Shown: one piece after another, positions 62,888-64,000 of the stretch
Layout of the letters: each line of letters begins with the position of its first letter
How positions within the stretch are numbered: the first letter of the stretch is position 1
NCBI GenBank assembly: GCA_000004985.1
Contig: GG738882.1
From: Naegleria gruberi
Lineage: Eukaryota
DNA: 64,000 nt
Strand: one strand, 5' to 3'
Made by a program: the position numbers and the translations under genes
Notes under the pieces: generated by a model
What the model was told of the DNA's origin: nothing
The model's database searches: none
The model's input: the letters and a program-made list of their open reading frames with translations, nothing else

Positions 62888-64000
62888 CTATTTGGAAATG
62901 ATATTAATATCGGAAAAGTCATTACAAGTTGTCAAGTGGATAAACAATTTCTTTCTGAGGAAATTCATATTGTGACAATAGGTTGGAGTACCTGTGAGAA
63001 AGATGGTGTGACCTCTGCCACAAGCTACATCCTTGATTGGAATATTTCTGAAAAAGTCAACACGTACAGGTCTACACACAAAGCAATTTTGTTGATTTTC
63101 ATCTTCTCTAGTATGATGATACATTCTCTCTTGAACTTCATCTGTTTTTTGAGATTGGATGTATCCTAGTTGGCCATGCTTTCCTTCTCCACCAACATAA
63201 CATTCACCACTTCTTGAAAGGAGAACACAATGATTCCATCCACAAGCAACCTTACATATTGGAATTCCATAGAGTAATTTGAGTGGATAGACAAATCGTT
63301 GAGTCTTGGTATTTCCATTTAAAAGCTGACCATATGCATTCCATCCATTCTTTAGAAAAAACATTGTTTGAAATTTGCAATTATTAATTAATACTTACTG
63401 TATACACTCTTCCATCTGATTATTAATAATTGAGTTTGTCACAATGATTGGAGTAGTATTGATTAAGATTAAAGAAAATTATCATAGAACATACCATAGG
63501 TCAAAAAGACAGAATGGAAATATCCACAAGCAACTGCACAAATCTTTTCATCTTGCAAGGAAGTTATCAAATGAGGAATCAAATGTCTATTGGAAGAATC
63601 TGTTTCTTGTGAAAACAAAGTAGGATCATTTTCAATTTCTTGAATGGAGAGCTGTCCATATTGAGTGTCTCCCATACCAAATGTTTTTCCCTCGGAGGTG
63701 ATTAATATGGAATGCCATGCTCCTGCTGCACAATCAACAATTTCCATACATGTGAATGGAATTCTGTACTTGGAACCAACTTGAATGGGTTTTTCACCAT
63801 TCCTTGTGAATTCCCTTAAAATTCTTGGAGGAGTATTGACAGGAACTTCAAATTCCTTCAATAGAGAAGGTTGATAGATTTTAAATTCATGATCCTGTGT
63901 ATTCAAACTTGCATGACTTTTAGTAACTGTTCCACTGTATTTTAATATTACATTATATGAAATATTAACATTGAAAGTAGTTTACAAAAAAACTTACCAT
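62888..64000 (-). CDS. RCC1-repeat (beta-propeller) protein, multi-exon, 5' end beyond the window
   Basis: Track ORFs 62888..63364 and 63469..63906 both carry RCC1-type repeats (NGWNAYGQLLNG, VACGWNHCVLL, GKHGQLGY, GDTQYGQLS, VACGYFHSVFLT). The 63365..63468 interval contains GTATGT/GTAAGT donors and AG acceptors. Near 63940..64000 there is another intron (GTAAGT at the window edge) and the frame stays open. Exact splice phases were not resolved. Confidence 0.5.

Noticed and set aside
63365-63480. 11-nt micro-exon (AGTGTATACAG) joining the two RCC1 ORFs
   Set aside because: It is the only phase-consistent solution I found, but it requires an acceptor with no polypyrimidine tract and an exon far below normal size. 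Not called without transcript evidence.
1-64000. Possibility that the window is a giant-virus (NCLDV) genome or integrated viral island, given the VP39-like MTase, RNR large subunit and UVDE together
   Set aside because: The genes are separated by many ordinary cellular genes with short spliceosomal introns (Vps4, Arp, GloI, Zn2Cys6 TF), plus tRNA and 5S genes. There are no capsid, packaging ATPase or viral polymerase genes. RNR1 and UVDE are normal fungal nuclear genes. Only the VP39-like gene remains notable.

Overview
Eukaryotic nuclear DNA, not a prokaryotic or viral genome. Evidence: AT-rich (roughly one-third GC), many genes interrupted by very short spliceosomal introns (43-55 nt typical, a few 110-305 nt) with GTAAGT/GTATGT/GTACGT/GTTAGT donors and YAG acceptors, two Pol III tRNA genes with T-run terminators, and two 5S rRNA genes. 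The gene content is fungal-like: two Zn(II)2Cys6 transcription factors, a UV-damage endonuclease (UVDE/Uve1 type), CSN6-like, Vps4, CDC123, an ACAT/DGAT1-type MBOAT, RNR large subunit, glyoxalase I, an S9 peptidase, F-box proteins, an RGS protein, a SHAQKYF-class Myb, and N/Q/S-rich low-complexity tails. My best guess is an early-diverging fungus (Mucoromycota/Glomeromycotina-like), which I cannot verify. The track marks the first in-frame sense codon of each ORF as M even when it is TTG or GTG, so its starts are unreliable. I rebuilt gene models by hand for the multi-exon genes I could resolve (NTPCR-like NTPase, Myb, Zn2Cys6 TF, C2 protein, a beta-propeller surface protein, small GTPase, Arp, Vps4, CSN6-like, glyoxalase I); the RCC1-repeat gene at the 3' end is clearly multi-exon but I could not phase its splice structure. 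The most unusual item is a poxvirus VP39-type cap-specific 2'-O-methyltransferase encoded as an ordinary nuclear gene with a long R/S/Y-rich N-terminal tail. Other notable items: two 100% identical 5S rRNA genes in inverted orientation 20 kb apart with a conserved ~70-bp 5' flank; a composite repeat cluster at 27.3-29.0 kb next to a 50-N assembly gap; a frameshifted secreted PKD/beta-helix gene (likely pseudogene); a Vps4 gene whose Walker A P-loop (GPPGTGK) sits on its own 21-nt micro-exon; a divergent small GTPase with a degenerate switch II; and a tRNA-like element that does not fold as a tRNA.
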